From Candidatus Poribacteria bacterium (GTDB taxonomy: Bacteria > Poribacteria > WGA-4E > WGA-3G): DNA of 64,000 nt. The stretch spans positions 1,408,001-1,472,000 of the forward strand of contig OZ242029.1 of the NCBI GenBank assembly GCA_965205015.1, read 5' to 3'. Below the pieces are notes generated by a model, which did no database searches, was not told where the DNA came from, and saw only the letters and a list, made by a program, of their open reading frames with translations. This document shows, one piece after another, positions 47,852 through 58,198 of the stretch (position 1 is the first letter of the stretch; every line of letters begins with the position of its first letter). A program made the position numbers and the translations under genes.

Positions 47852-48715
47852 ATGCTTGACGAACGCCATCTACAACATCAGATTACCGACGAACAACGTC
47901 GCGAGCTGAACGAAAACGGGTATTTTACTGTTCAAGACGCGCTTCCACCAGATCTCGTCGAACGGCTTGAGACCAAGGTGGACACCATCTACCAGAACCA
48001 TCTTGACGCTGGCTACGATCCATACAGCAAGCGTCAACTCACTGCGCATAACAACTTCTTCTATCCGAATTTTCTCGGCACAGATCAAGTTTTCGTGAAT
48101 ATTTTAGATTGGTATAAAACGTTCCCGAAAGTCTGGGGAATCTTGGGATGGAATATTTACTCCTATCATAGCCATTTCATCATCACGCCGCCGCGCCCCG
48201 ATGCGGTCCGCGGTAAACCCACCCCACTTGGCTGGCATCAGGACAGTGGACGCGTTAACTTCGAGATCGAAAGCTCACCGCGCCCCCGTCTTTCCATAAA
48301 AGTTGTCTATTGGCTATCCGACTGTTCCGAAACGGGACGTGGGAATTTCTATGTCATACCGGGAAGCCACCTCTGGGATAAACTCGATCGACCCGAAGAC
48401 GGTTCGATGCCAGACAGGGCAACACCCGTCTGCTGCAAGCCCGGGGATGCAGTCTTTTTCGACCGACGGATATGGCACGCCCGCAGCGAAAACGATTCAG
48501 ACATCACCCGAAAGGGACTTTTCTATGGGTACGGCTACCGATGGCTACGGAGTAAGGACGACATGACGATCCCCACAGAGATGTTTGAACGGAACGATCC
48601 GATTCGACAGCAACTCCTCGGGGGTGGCACCAACGCAAACGGGCATTTTACACCCAAGGATGTAGATGTACCGTTGAAGGTATGGCTTGAAGAAAAAGGG
48701 ATCATTTCTCACTGA
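47852..48715 (+). CDS. PhyH family dioxygenase
   Basis: ENGYF, WHQD, VIPGSH, GDAVFFDRRIWH. Confidence 0.92.
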   Translation: MLDERHLQHQITDEQRRELNENGYFTVQDALPPDLVERLETKVDTIYQNHLDAGYDPYSKRQLTAHNNFFYPNFLGTDQVFVNILDWYKTFPKVWGILGWNIYSYHSHFIITPPRPDAVRGKPTPLGWHQDSGRVNFEIESSPRPRLSIKVVYWLSDCSETGRGNFYVIPGSHLWDKLDRPEDGSMPDRATPVCCKPGDAVFFDRRIWHARSENDSDITRKGLFYGYGYRWLRSKDDMTIPTEMFERNDPIRQQLLGGGTNANGHFTPKDVDVPLKVWLEEKGIISH

Positions 48716-48767
48716 AATCACGCGGTTAACGCAGCCCAAATCAGTGGCATGCTAAACGCAAATTTAC

Positions 48768-48796
48768 TTGACATCCACAGCAAAATAGCGTATAAT
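48768..48796 (+). promoter_or_regulatory. sigma70 promoter
   Basis: TTGACA-17-TATAAT exact consensus. Confidence 0.85.
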
Positions 48797-48833
48797 TCCA
48801 TTAACTTAACGTATTTACCGGAGGCATAACGCG

Positions 48834-49844
48834 ATGTTTCAAACGCAGCTGAATGCGAGCGTCTGGGCTGTTATCCTCATAACAGCGATTTTGATTCCAG
48901 CAGCTTCAGGGGAGGAAGCAGTGACAACGCCAAACACACTAAAAGTAGGCATGGTCGCCCCAGATTTTACATTGAAAGATGAAGAAGGCGTTGAGCGAAG
49001 TCTCAGCGATTATTTAGGCAAGAAGAATATCGTTCTCGCTTTCTATCCAAAAGATTTTACAGGTGGCTGAACAACTGAACTTTGCTCGCTCCGGGATAAT
49101 TTGAGCGAGATAGAAGCGACCGGCAGTGTCCTGTTCGGGGTCAGTGTTGATTCTGTTGAATCGCACAAGCGGTTCCGGGCAGAACAGAAATTCGGATTTT
49201 CACTCTTAGCCGATACCGAATTTAAGGTGAGCCACCAGTATAGTGGTATCATTGAAAGTTTCAATGCCTCAAAACGAGTAACTTTCATCATTGATAAAGC
49301 CGGATACATCCGTGCCATTGATACGGATGTCAATGTCAAAACGCACGGTGAAGATGTCGCAGCCCTGCTTAAGGAAGTCTTACCGAAGATAGAGGTTGGG
49401 CAACCCGCCCCAGATTTTATTGCAGCCGATGGGACCGGTAAAACGCACCAACTCAGCGAATGGCATCAGGAAAAGAATGTCGTATTAGCCTTCTATCCAC
49501 GCGATTTTGGGCGTGGCTGAACGACTCAAGTTTGCTCACTCCGGGATGAGTCGAGTTATTTTGAGAAATACGATGCACAGATTTTTGGGATTACGTCGAA
49601 TGATGCGGCTTCGCACCAAAAATTTTCGGAAGAAAATCAGCTGAATTTCCCGCTCTTGGTAGACACCGGACGTAACCTCGCCCTCCTCTTTGGTGCGACG
49701 AATGCCCCAGACGGGAAGATTCAACGGTTAGCTGTTATCATTGATAAAACTGGAAAGATTCTTGAGATTGATAAAGAGGTCAACGCCAGTACGCACGGTG
49801 CGGACTTAGTTGATTTCTTTAAAAATTTGGAAACGTCAAATTAA
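48834..49844 (+). CDS. Exported tandem two-domain BCP/PrxQ peroxiredoxin with two selenocysteines (336 aa)
   Basis: Three ORF-track pieces are in one frame; UGA at 49068 and 49518 fall at the peroxidatic position (FTGG-U-TTELC; FGRG-U-TTQVC). Confidence 0.9.
49085..49109 (+). promoter_or_regulatory. SECIS-like hairpin 1
   Basis: CTCGCTC-CGGGATAATTT-GAGCGAG starting 15 nt after UGA. Confidence 0.75.
49535..49555 (+). promoter_or_regulatory. SECIS-like hairpin 2
   Basis: CTCACTC-CGGGAT-GAGT(C)GAG starting 15 nt after UGA. Confidence 0.75.
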
Positions 49845-50462
49845 TTGATGGAGCGTAGCGATTTATCGACAATGCCGGCGCGCATCGCGTGGGGTACCTC
49901 TGTTCTCTTCAGTCCATTTTTGGTTCCAATCGCAACCGCCGTTGGTGTGATCCAAAAACATGCGGCGCCCCAAAACGCACTCCGCTGGTTGGTAATTGTT
50001 GTCCTATTTGTTACCGTGCTACCGGTACTATCCATTGCGGTGATGGCTCGGTATGCTAAAGTCAGCGATCTGCACTTGCATAATAGGGAAGAGCGACTCC
50101 TGCCTTTATGCTGTACGGTTGTCAGTATGGTTGTAGGGACTGTCCTACTGCATCAACTTGGTGCGGCACGGGAAATCGTCTGGGCAGGCATTGCTTACAT
50201 CGTAAACAGTCTTATTTTTTCGGCAATTACCCCGATGTGGAAAATAAGCTTTCACAGCAGTGTCGCCACCGGATGTGTCACCGTCCTCGTCATGCTCGTC
50301 AATCCACAATTCGGCTGGCTATTTTTGCTGACGCCGCTGATCGCTTGGGCACGGGTTTACCGAAAACGACACACACTTCTCCAAACCGTCGTCGGCGCAG
50401 TGCTCGCCGTTGGCAACACAGTATTCATTTTGTATATGGCGAACCTTGGGGGTCAAAGTTAG
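49845..50462 (+). CDS. PAP2-like membrane protein
   Basis: WKISFH, WARVYRKRHT..Q; multiple TM. Confidence 0.75.
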   Translation: MMERSDLSTMPARIAWGTSVLFSPFLVPIATAVGVIQKHAAPQNALRWLVIVVLFVTVLPVLSIAVMARYAKVSDLHLHNREERLLPLCCTVVSMVVGTVLLHQLGAAREIVWAGIAYIVNSLIFSAITPMWKISFHSSVATGCVTVLVMLVNPQFGWLFLLTPLIAWARVYRKRHTLLQTVVGAVLAVGNTVFILYMANLGGQS

Positions 50463-50477
50463 AAGGCAGGTGCCACC

Positions 50478-51260
50478 TCATCGTGGATGTTTCAGGGGCG
50501 GTAGGTTATCCCAATCACACTCAAGGCAGAAAACGCCTTCCCTGCCGAGTTGGCGTACCCGCCCGCCACACTCTGGACACTTTATAAGCGGAAGGGAGTT
50601 TGCCTCTTCAGAACTCGGTGGAAACATGAGCAATTGCTCTATCGGTAAAGTCTGTCCCTGTTCTCCCACGAGTTCCAATTGTACACTCTCAATTATATCG
50701 CGGGTATCCAGTTTAAACGGCGGTGGTGAATTTAGAGTGAGATTGATAAAATCACTACGGTAGACCCGAATGGTGTCGTCTTCCCGCACCTGTCGTATAA
50801 AAAGCGTATATTTATCCGGGGCTATCAAATAAGCGGCGGTATCCAAAATGTATCTGCGCGGTTTGATTGCTATCTCATAGCCTCCGTAGTGCAGGATGGA
50901 AGGACTTGTATCAGGTTGCATCTGACAGATTTCAAAGAGTTCGTGAGAAGAGGATGCAGAAAGAATCAAGGCATACTGCCGACACGTGTGTTGAGAGAGG
51001 CGTTCAAACGGCAGAAAAGCCTCCGGTTCCGCCCTATCTCGGAGGAACCCGGTAAATGCCGCATAAGCGTTCTCAGTGGCTTCGTCCAAGATTACCTGGC
51101 TTAACCGCCGAGATTGCGCCGTCCGCTCCGTATCGGCACGGTCAATTTCCCGCGAGTAAAGTTCAATTTGCACATCAACATCAATCGGCTGGTTTTGATC
51201 ATTGATACGCTGCAAACGCTCTATCGGTTGGTCGGCGATCTTCAGAATAAAAGGTAACAT
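50478..51260 (-). CDS. Hypothetical protein with C-terminal zinc ribbon
   Basis: CPECGG...CLECDW. Confidence 0.7.
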   Translation of the reverse strand: MLPFILKIADQPIERLQRINDQNQPIDVDVQIELYSREIDRADTERTAQSRRLSQVILDEATENAYAAFTGFLRDRAEPEAFLPFERLSQHTCRQYALILSASSSHELFEICQMQPDTSPSILHYGGYEIAIKPRRYILDTAAYLIAPDKYTLFIRQVREDDTIRVYRSDFINLTLNSPPPFKLDTRDIIESVQLELVGEQGQTLPIEQLLMFPPSSEEANSLPLIKCPECGGRVRQLGREGVFCLECDWDNLPPLKHPR

Positions 51261-51637
51261 AGCAACCTATACAGACTCCTTAAAAGAAGATTGTAACAAG
51301 TCTATCACAGATTCCGAGTTTTGTCCAATTTTTTAATGATTCGCAAGGCATTAAATCACCTGATGGGTTTAATATGAGTTTTCGCTCGCTGACTGTTCGT
51401 TCGATGAAGTTTGCCTTCATTGGGCGTTTAAGGGAACTGTAACGCCATGTGCGGTACAGATTTTAGTTTCATCTTTTTCCATCTTATGGTATATTAATTA
51501 TAGTAGATCCTACAATTAAATGGACACCCAAGAGTTGGCGAGGTTAGAAACCTCGCCAGCGGCGGCGCAGGGTTTTGTGTTTTAGAGAGTGTTCACTTAT
51601 TTCTGGGTTTTACTATAAATCAGAAAGGATAGACACC

Positions 51638-52384
51638 ATGTCAGGACACTCCAAGTGGTCAACAATCAAACATAAAAAAGCAGCAAACGATTCCAGACGC
51701 GGCAAACTCTTCTCAAAGTTGGTGAAAGAAATTACCGCAGCAGCGCGCGTCAGTGGCGGGGATATTGACATGAACCCAAGACTCCGCACCGCAATTGCAG
51801 CAGCAAAATCAAGCAACGTCCCGAATGATAACATTGAGAAAGCCGTCCTTCGAGGTACAGGTGAGCTTGAGGGTGAAACCTATGAGGAAATTCTTTATGA
51901 AGGCTACGGACCCGGGGGTGTCGCAATCATGATAGAAGTTCTGACCGACAACCGTAACCGAGCAGTCGCAGATATTCGACACGCTTTCAGCAAACATGAA
52001 GGGAGAATTGGGGAGCGCGGGTGCGTCGCATGGGGCTTTGATAAATGCGGATTGATCGTCGTTACACCTGAGAGTATTGACGAAGAAGCACTGTTTCTCA
52101 TCACGGTTGAAGCCGGTGCTGAAGATGTAACCACCTCCGAAACAGGTATGGAAATTGTCACACCCTTTGAGATGTTCGATAGCGTCTTAACGGCAGTTCA
52201 AGAAACATCCGCTGAAATCCAACTCGCTGAAATTAGTATGATTCCGCAAAATACTGTGAAACTGGATGGGAAAGAAGCGGAACGGATGCTACGCCTCATG
52301 GACGCCCTCGACGAACTTGATGACGTCCAGAAAGTCTACGCCAATTTTGATATCCCCGATAATCTTTTAGAAGCTGCAGCCTAA
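51638..52384 (+). CDS. yebC: YebC/PmpR family protein
   Basis: MSGHSKWSTIKHKK, YEGYGPGG, DDVQKVYAN. Confidence 0.97.
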   Translation: MSGHSKWSTIKHKKAANDSRRGKLFSKLVKEITAAARVSGGDIDMNPRLRTAIAAAKSSNVPNDNIEKAVLRGTGELEGETYEEILYEGYGPGGVAIMIEVLTDNRNRAVADIRHAFSKHEGRIGERGCVAWGFDKCGLIVVTPESIDEEALFLITVEAGAEDVTTSETGMEIVTPFEMFDSVLTAVQETSAEIQLAEISMIPQNTVKLDGKEAERMLRLMDALDELDDVQKVYANFDIPDNLLEAAA

Positions 52385-52387
52385 CTC

Positions 52388-52927
52388 ATGCAAAACCCAC
52401 CTCACCGAACCGAAAGGAAAATTAAAAAGATTCTTGGTATTGATCCGGGCATCGCGAACACCGGATACGGCGTGGTCGAAGCACACGCGAACCGTCTCGT
52501 TTCGCGGGGTTTCGGAAATATCAGAACCAGCGCAAAAACAGCGTCGGAGTTACGGTTGAAACACATTTACGATACCGTAACGCATCTGATCGCCAAATTC
52601 GCTATTGAGAGTATCGTACTTGAGGATATTTTCTTCAGTAAAAACATAAGCAGTGCGTTCGCTGTAGGTGAAGTTAAAGGTATCGTGAAACTCGCAGCCG
52701 CGAATGCGGACTGTCCCGTTACTGTGTATACACCGACCCAAGTTAAACAGGCAGTTGTTGGTTACGGAAGAGCCACAAAATCCCAGATGCAGAAGATGAC
52801 ACAAGCACTGCTTAAACTCAAGGAACCGCCTCGCCCTGATCACGCAGCAGATGCCCTTGCGCTCGCACTCTGTCATGCCCGTTCCTACAAAGTCCTTCAA
52901 CGTCGTGAAAAATACATGCAGTCGTAA
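52388..52927 (+). CDS. ruvC: Holliday junction resolvase RuvC
   Basis: ILGIDPG, GYGRATK, DHAADALALALCH. Confidence 0.96.
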   Translation: MQNPPHRTERKIKKILGIDPGIANTGYGVVEAHANRLVSRGFGNIRTSAKTASELRLKHIYDTVTHLIAKFAIESIVLEDIFFSKNISSAFAVGEVKGIVKLAAANADCPVTVYTPTQVKQAVVGYGRATKSQMQKMTQALLKLKEPPRPDHAADALALALCHARSYKVLQRREKYMQS

Positions 52928-53203
52928 TTGATGACATTTGCCGAAAGAAATCAGAAGGCACATTAAAAAAGCAACGCATCCACAAAAACATAAGCCTGTA
53001 ATGGAAGGGAAGGGCGACTCCTAAGGAAGACACCTCACAGTTTACAGTAAAACCCAAAAATAAGTGAACATTCGTAGCACAAACTGTCCAGTTTGTGCAG
53101 GGGAGGCACGCAAACTAACAGTTTGCGCTACAATCGGGGTGCCCAAGTAATTATTGACTCTACTATAAAATCACGTCATTTCACCGCAAGGAAGAATAAA
53201 AAA

Positions 53204-53803
53204 ATGATTTCTTATATCAAAGGGGTTCTCGTAGATAAAGAAACAACACAGGTTATTGTAGATGTAAATGGCATTGGGTATACGATCAACGTGTCACCGA
53301 GAACCGTAACGGATTTACCCCCTATAGGTGATACTGTTACGCTTTATACATACTATCATCAAAACCGAGACAACAAAATTACGCTCTACGGGTTCACCTC
53401 AAAGGATGGACTGAAAGTTTTCGAATTGGCTCTGACGGTCTCTGGTGTAGGACCCACACTCGCACAAAACATCGTCGCGAGGCTGTCACCTTCACAATTC
53501 CAACGCGCCGTTCACCGCGGAGACGCAACGATCCTCATGCGGGTTCCACGTTTAGGCAAAGACCTCGCCCAAGTCATCATCACTAAACTCAAAAAGAACA
53601 TTATGAAATTGAAACTCGACGGTGAGGTCGATCTCGGAAAACCCACGGGGACTCCAGATGCAGAGGCAATCAAAATCCTTGTCAACCTTGGTGCATCGGA
53701 ATTTGAAGCAGAACAAGCCGTCGATAAGGCACAGCAAGTTCTCGGTGCGTCTGCACAACGAGAAAACCTCATCGCGCAGGCACTCCGCTATATCCGAAAT
53801 TAA
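53204..53803 (+). CDS. ruvA: RuvA
   Basis: MISYIKG, DVNGIGY, LYGF, VSGVGP. Confidence 0.95.
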   Translation: MISYIKGVLVDKETTQVIVDVNGIGYTINVSPRTVTDLPPIGDTVTLYTYYHQNRDNKITLYGFTSKDGLKVFELALTVSGVGPTLAQNIVARLSPSQFQRAVHRGDATILMRVPRLGKDLAQVIITKLKKNIMKLKLDGEVDLGKPTGTPDAEAIKILVNLGASEFEAEQAVDKAQQVLGASAQRENLIAQALRYIRN

Positions 53804-53903
53804 ATCAGGATTATTGCGATTTGTGTGATTTACCATGATACAGTGAATCATAAAAATCATAGTTCAGACTTTTTCTGATAACTATCCGTGTTAGGACCCA
53901 AAA

Positions 53904-54929
53904 ATGGATAACCACGAAATACCAGATTTCGACCGGATACAAGATTTGGCAGCAGATGACGACGCCCTTGGATACAGCCTCCGTCCGGAAACGTTAAGCG
54001 AATTTATCGGACAGGAAAAAGCGAAAGAACAGCTCCGTATTCATATTGAAGCTGCCAAAAAGCGCGGGGATGCGCTCGAGCATGTGCTGCTTGTGGGTCC
54101 ACCAGGGCTTGGAAAAACCACACTTGCAAGGATCATTGCCAATGAAATTCAGACCAACCATAAACAAGCGATCGGTCCGGTCATGGAGAAACTCGACCTC
54201 GCCTCAACCTTGATGAACCTTGACAAAGGCGATATTCTGTTTATCGATGAAATTCATCGGATGAAAGGGTATGTTCAAGAATTGCTCTACCCTGCGATGG
54301 AGGATTACCAACTCGACTTAGCCATCGGTCAAGGTCCCGCATCGGATGTCGTCCAAATGTCTCTTAAGCAATTCACCCTCGTTGGTGCGACGACACGCGA
54401 AGGGTTACTGACCGGTCCTTTTCGCGACAGGTTCGGCATCCGGATCCACCTTGACTACTACGAACCCAAAGACATCCAACAGGCTATTCGCATTAACAGT
54501 GCAAAGCTCAACATTAATATTGACGAAGATGCGGAATACACATTAGCGTGCCGCTCGCGTGGCACGATGCGCATCGCAAATAAACTGCTTGCTAACGTCA
54601 GGGACTATGCCCAAGTCGAAGCAGACGGCTCTCTCTCGCTTGCGGTTGTGGAAGAAGCACTCAAATTCTTTGACATTGATGAACGCGGATTAAACAGACA
54701 AGACTACGCCTATTTTCAAACACTCATTGAAAAATTCAATGGACGTGCGGGGCTGAAGGCACTTGCTGTCGCTTTGAGTGAGGACGAACGCACCATCGCA
54801 GAGGTTTATGAACCTTATTATATTAAAGAGGGGTTTTTGATGCTAACACCGGGTGGACGCATCGCAACCGATGCCGCCCATGCGTATTTCAACTACCCTA
54901 TAGAGTCCCAACCCTCACTGTTCTATTAG
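53904..54929 (+). CDS. ruvB: RuvB
   Basis: LRP..FIGQ, GPPGLGKTT, FIDEIHR, GATTR. Confidence 0.97.
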   Translation: MDNHEIPDFDRIQDLAADDDALGYSLRPETLSEFIGQEKAKEQLRIHIEAAKKRGDALEHVLLVGPPGLGKTTLARIIANEIQTNHKQAIGPVMEKLDLASTLMNLDKGDILFIDEIHRMKGYVQELLYPAMEDYQLDLAIGQGPASDVVQMSLKQFTLVGATTREGLLTGPFRDRFGIRIHLDYYEPKDIQQAIRINSAKLNINIDEDAEYTLACRSRGTMRIANKLLANVRDYAQVEADGSLSLAVVEEALKFFDIDERGLNRQDYAYFQTLIEKFNGRAGLKALAVALSEDERTIAEVYEPYYIKEGFLMLTPGGRIATDAAHAYFNYPIESQPSLFY

Positions 54930-55079
54930 TTGTCAGTTGTCAGTGCGGTTTTTCGCAGAAAAACCTTTCAGTCGTCAGTAAAGACGTAAGCGTTACAGAA
55001 TACCTCTTGTTCCTGATAACTACCATAACTGAAAACTGAAAACTATTTCCTCTGATAACTGAAAACTGATAACTACTAT

Positions 55080-56108
55080 ATGAAACTCACAGATTTCGAC
55101 TACCATCTACCGCCTGACCGGATCGCGCAAAGCCCACTTCAACAGCGTGATGCGTCCCGACTCTTGGTAGTCGATCGCGACACCCGTGCTTTTTACCACA
55201 CTCAGTTTTCGCAGATTGGGAAATACTTACCCGACGATGCCCTGTTAGTCCTAAACGACACGAAGGTAATCCCTGCACGGTTAATCGGTAGCAAAAGCGG
55301 AACTGGCGGAAAGATAGAATTGCTTCTCATCCGCGAAAAAGAACCAGACACATGGGAGGTACTCGCCAAGCCGCGGCGGAGTCTTCGAATCGGCACACAG
55401 GTTGCATTCAGCAACAGTACCCTAACAGCAGAGGTCCTCGCGAAACCGGAGGACGGACATTGTATCGTCCGTTTCAACTATAGCGGTGAGTTTTCAGCCA
55501 TTCTTGCAGATGTCGGTAGGATGCCTTTGCCGCCTTATATCCGCCGTCCACCGAACGCTGAAGATAAGGTCCGTTATCAATCAGTCTATGCCGCCACTGA
55601 AGGCGCAATTGCAGCCCCTACGGCAGGTCTGCACTTTACACAAGAATTGCTGGAAGAATTGAAAAACAACGGGATAGAAACAGCGATGCTAACGCTACAT
55701 GTTGGACCTGGAACGTTCCAACCCGTGAAAGTGGAAAATATTCAAACCCATAGGATGCATGCCGAATATATCCACCTCGCTGAAACAGCAGCGAACCGGA
55801 TCCGCATCGCGCGGGAGGCGGGAAGGAAAATCGTTGCCATCGGTACCACAGTCGTGCGCTCCTTGGAAACCGCAAGCACGACAGGCACTGTCCATCCCTA
55901 TAGCGGTTACAGTGAACTTTTTATCTATCCCGGTCACCGATTTAATGCGGTAGATGCGTTGGTCACCAACTTCCATCTCCCCAAATCAACTTTACTTATG
56001 CTCGTGAGTGCCTTCGCTGGAAAGGACCTGATTCAGCAGGCTTACCAAGCAGCACTCCAACATGAATACCGTTTTTACAGTTATGGCGATGCCATGCTAA
56101 TTTGTTGA
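55080..56108 (+). CDS. queA: QueA
   Basis: DFDYHLP, PLPPYI, AAPTAGLHF, FYSYGDAM. Confidence 0.97.
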   Translation: MKLTDFDYHLPPDRIAQSPLQQRDASRLLVVDRDTRAFYHTQFSQIGKYLPDDALLVLNDTKVIPARLIGSKSGTGGKIELLLIREKEPDTWEVLAKPRRSLRIGTQVAFSNSTLTAEVLAKPEDGHCIVRFNYSGEFSAILADVGRMPLPPYIRRPPNAEDKVRYQSVYAATEGAIAAPTAGLHFTQELLEELKNNGIETAMLTLHVGPGTFQPVKVENIQTHRMHAEYIHLAETAANRIRIAREAGRKIVAIGTTVVRSLETASTTGTVHPYSGYSELFIYPGHRFNAVDALVTNFHLPKSTLLMLVSAFAGKDLIQQAYQAALQHEYRFYSYGDAMLIC

Positions 56109-56182
56109 TTTTTTAACAGCAGTAGGGGCTGGGGAAACCAGCCCTTACAAGCAAGTTACGTCAAAAGAGAAGGAGAGATTTC

Positions 56183-56485
56183 ATGGACCAGATAACAGGT
56201 TTGCTTGTTCCGTTCATCGCGATGGGTGCTATTATGTATTTTTTGTTATGGCGGCCCGAACAAGCCAAACGTAAAAAACATCAGAATATGCTGGAGAACC
56301 TGACCAAAGGCGATGAAATTGTAACGAATGGCGGGTTACACGGCAAAATTCTTGGACTTAGCAATGATAAGAACGTCATCCTCATCTCCGTTGGAGAGGT
56401 GAATAGCCAAGAGGTAAAGGTTCAAATTTCGCGGAGTGCTGTTGCTTTTCTCAAAAAGGGAGGCGAACTCATTGAAGGCGAGTAG
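56183..56485 (+). CDS. yajC: Preprotein translocase YajC
   Basis: YFLLWRP, GDEIVTNGGLHG. Confidence 0.93.
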   Translation: MDQITGLLVPFIAMGAIMYFLLWRPEQAKRKKHQNMLENLTKGDEIVTNGGLHGKILGLSNDKNVILISVGEVNSQEVKVQISRSAVAFLKKGGELIEGE

Positions 56486-56684
56486 TTGCTGTCCAGTCTA
56501 AAAATTAATGCTCAGAAATTGTCAAGAAAAATGCCATCAACGGCAAAGTTCACCTCCAATTCAATCCACTGAAAGCATGTTCAGCAATCAGACTGTCATG
56601 TGCGCCTGCTTCATGTGGAATGGACCCTCACGGGTTGGTAGAATATTCGCCTAATGCGAAGAGCCACCCGACATGCTCTATTTC

Positions 56685-57020
56685 TCAGTCCCTGAGATCG
56701 ATGAATTCTTTGCCCTTCTTGATTGCCGTTTGGATCTTTTTATAGGCGACTGCTGCGGTTTGAACATCGGGGAATTCTGCGACCTTCAGTGGCAGTGAAA
56801 CGAATTTTTTATGGTGCCGGTCGTATATGGAGCCGAGTGGTTTTGCGAATAGGATTCTCCCGTGTCGATAGATCTCACACCCCGCGCAATCGGTAGAACC
56901 GAGATGGCTATGGATAACAAACTTCATGGCAACTTCCTCACTACCGACCTTTCGCACAACACGTCGCCTATTCTCCAGAACAGAAAACGTTTTAGGCATT
57001 TCGAGATCATAAATCACCAC
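56685..57020 (-). CDS. Hypothetical protein
   Basis: 111-aa ORF coupled to upstream gene. Confidence 0.5.
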   Translation of the reverse strand: MVIYDLEMPKTFSVLENRRRVVRKVGSEEVAMKFVIHSHLGSTDCAGCEIYRHGRILFAKPLGSIYDRHHKKFVSLPLKVAEFPDVQTAAVAYKKIQTAIKKGKEFIDLRD

Positions 57021-57382
57021 TTGTGGATACGCGGCAGGAGCCTTCCCATGAAGATGCCGAATAAGGTGCCGACAGTAAAAAGAGCGACGTTCTCATAGAG
57101 TTCGCTGCCTCTCTTATCCCTTATGTCTTCACGAAGCTGTTGTAGTTCCTGCTCTTCTCTTGCCATTTCCCGTTTGCGACGCTGCCGTTCGACCGCCTTC
57201 TGTTCTCGCTTTGCCGTCTTTTCCACTCGCCTTGTTGATTTGAGTGCTTTTTTCTCTGCCCTGTCTACTTCCTTTGGGGTAGGTAGTTGCTCGGATGCCC
57301 AAGCGTCTCTGACACACAAACTCATCAGAACTGCAGAGACAATGACACAGACGAGCGTTGAGCGTGTCAATGGCTTTTGCAT
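57014..57382 (-). CDS. Hypothetical protein (signal, coiled coil, C-terminal TM)
   Basis: GGAGG RBS; composition. Confidence 0.65.
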   Translation of the reverse strand: MQKPLTRSTLVCVIVSAVLMSLCVRDAWASEQLPTPKEVDRAEKKALKSTRRVEKTAKREQKAVERQRRKREMAREEQELQQLREDIRDKRGSELYENVALFTVGTLFGIFMGRLLPRIHKW

Positions 57383-57433
57383 ACGATTGCCTCCATAAAG
57401 CAGGCTTTGCTTTCGTTAAGTGCCGAAGGGTCC

Positions 57434-57919
57434 TTAGCGAAACACCGAGAGCAGAATATCATCGGTATCCGCGCTGTGCTGGTCGGCGATTTGCTCAACT
57501 GTCATTTCGGGATTCTCAACGGGAAATCCGTCGTTGCCAAGTTTATTAACGAGTTCTTTGACATCCACACCGACGAACGGTGCGAGACGGGTGACAGACG
57601 TTTGCTCCATCTTATCCATTATCAATTCTTCGGGTTCACCTCTGTCGAAAATGGCGGTTCTTGTGACAAGGCCTACCCCGAAAAAAAAAGCGAGTGCGAT
57701 GATGATGACACCTTTTTGAGAAAAATATCGCTTGAAGGGTCGCCAATTCGTATAGATGTGAAGCACAATAGCAACTGAAAACCCGATGCCAACGAGTTCA
57801 TGTGCGTATTTGAAGGGATTTTCCGAACCAAAAAACATCAGCAGCCCCGTGATTGCCGAAAAGATGCCAGCCCCGATAATGAGGGGTGTCGAAAACGATC
57901 GAATGTTTAGTTTTTTCAT
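57434..57919 (-). CDS. DUF4405-like membrane protein
   Basis: TGLLMFF, HELVG, LHIYTNWRPFKRY; AAGGAG RBS. Confidence 0.8.
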   Translation of the reverse strand: MKKLNIRSFSTPLIIGAGIFSAITGLLMFFGSENPFKYAHELVGIGFSVAIVLHIYTNWRPFKRYFSQKGVIIIALAFFFGVGLVTRTAIFDRGEPEELIMDKMEQTSVTRLAPFVGVDVKELVNKLGNDGFPVENPEMTVEQIADQHSADTDDILLSVFR

Positions 57920-58198
57920 CAACCTGCTCCTTTTGCTTTTTAAATCTCTTGCAAGTTGCAAAGTCGCATGGGAAAATTTTTATCCTCATTTTATTGAGGG
58001 TGGTGCATAAATAAAGTTGTGAAGCATCAGGATAATGGGTATGCTTTAATGAAATCACCCATATAAGGCATACCCAATGTATTATCCTGACGCTAAAGAG
58101 TATATCACATTTTTGTTTTCTTTGCTTGACGAGTTTTCTGATTAAGTGTGGCGATATACGCTTTAGGTCTTGATAACCACCTTTACTTTATTCCCTAT

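Noticed and set aside
48745-48760. TGGCATGCTAAACGCA as a sigma54 promoter
   Set aside because: Poor -12 element and an exact sigma70 consensus lies immediately downstream
48834-49844. Three small separate ORFs or a pseudogene
   Set aside because: All in one frame; both stops are TGA at the catalytic Cys position with matching downstream hairpins, so Sec readthrough fits better
56599-56680. GTGCG start of another group II intron
   Set aside because: No supporting domain I structure in the short gap
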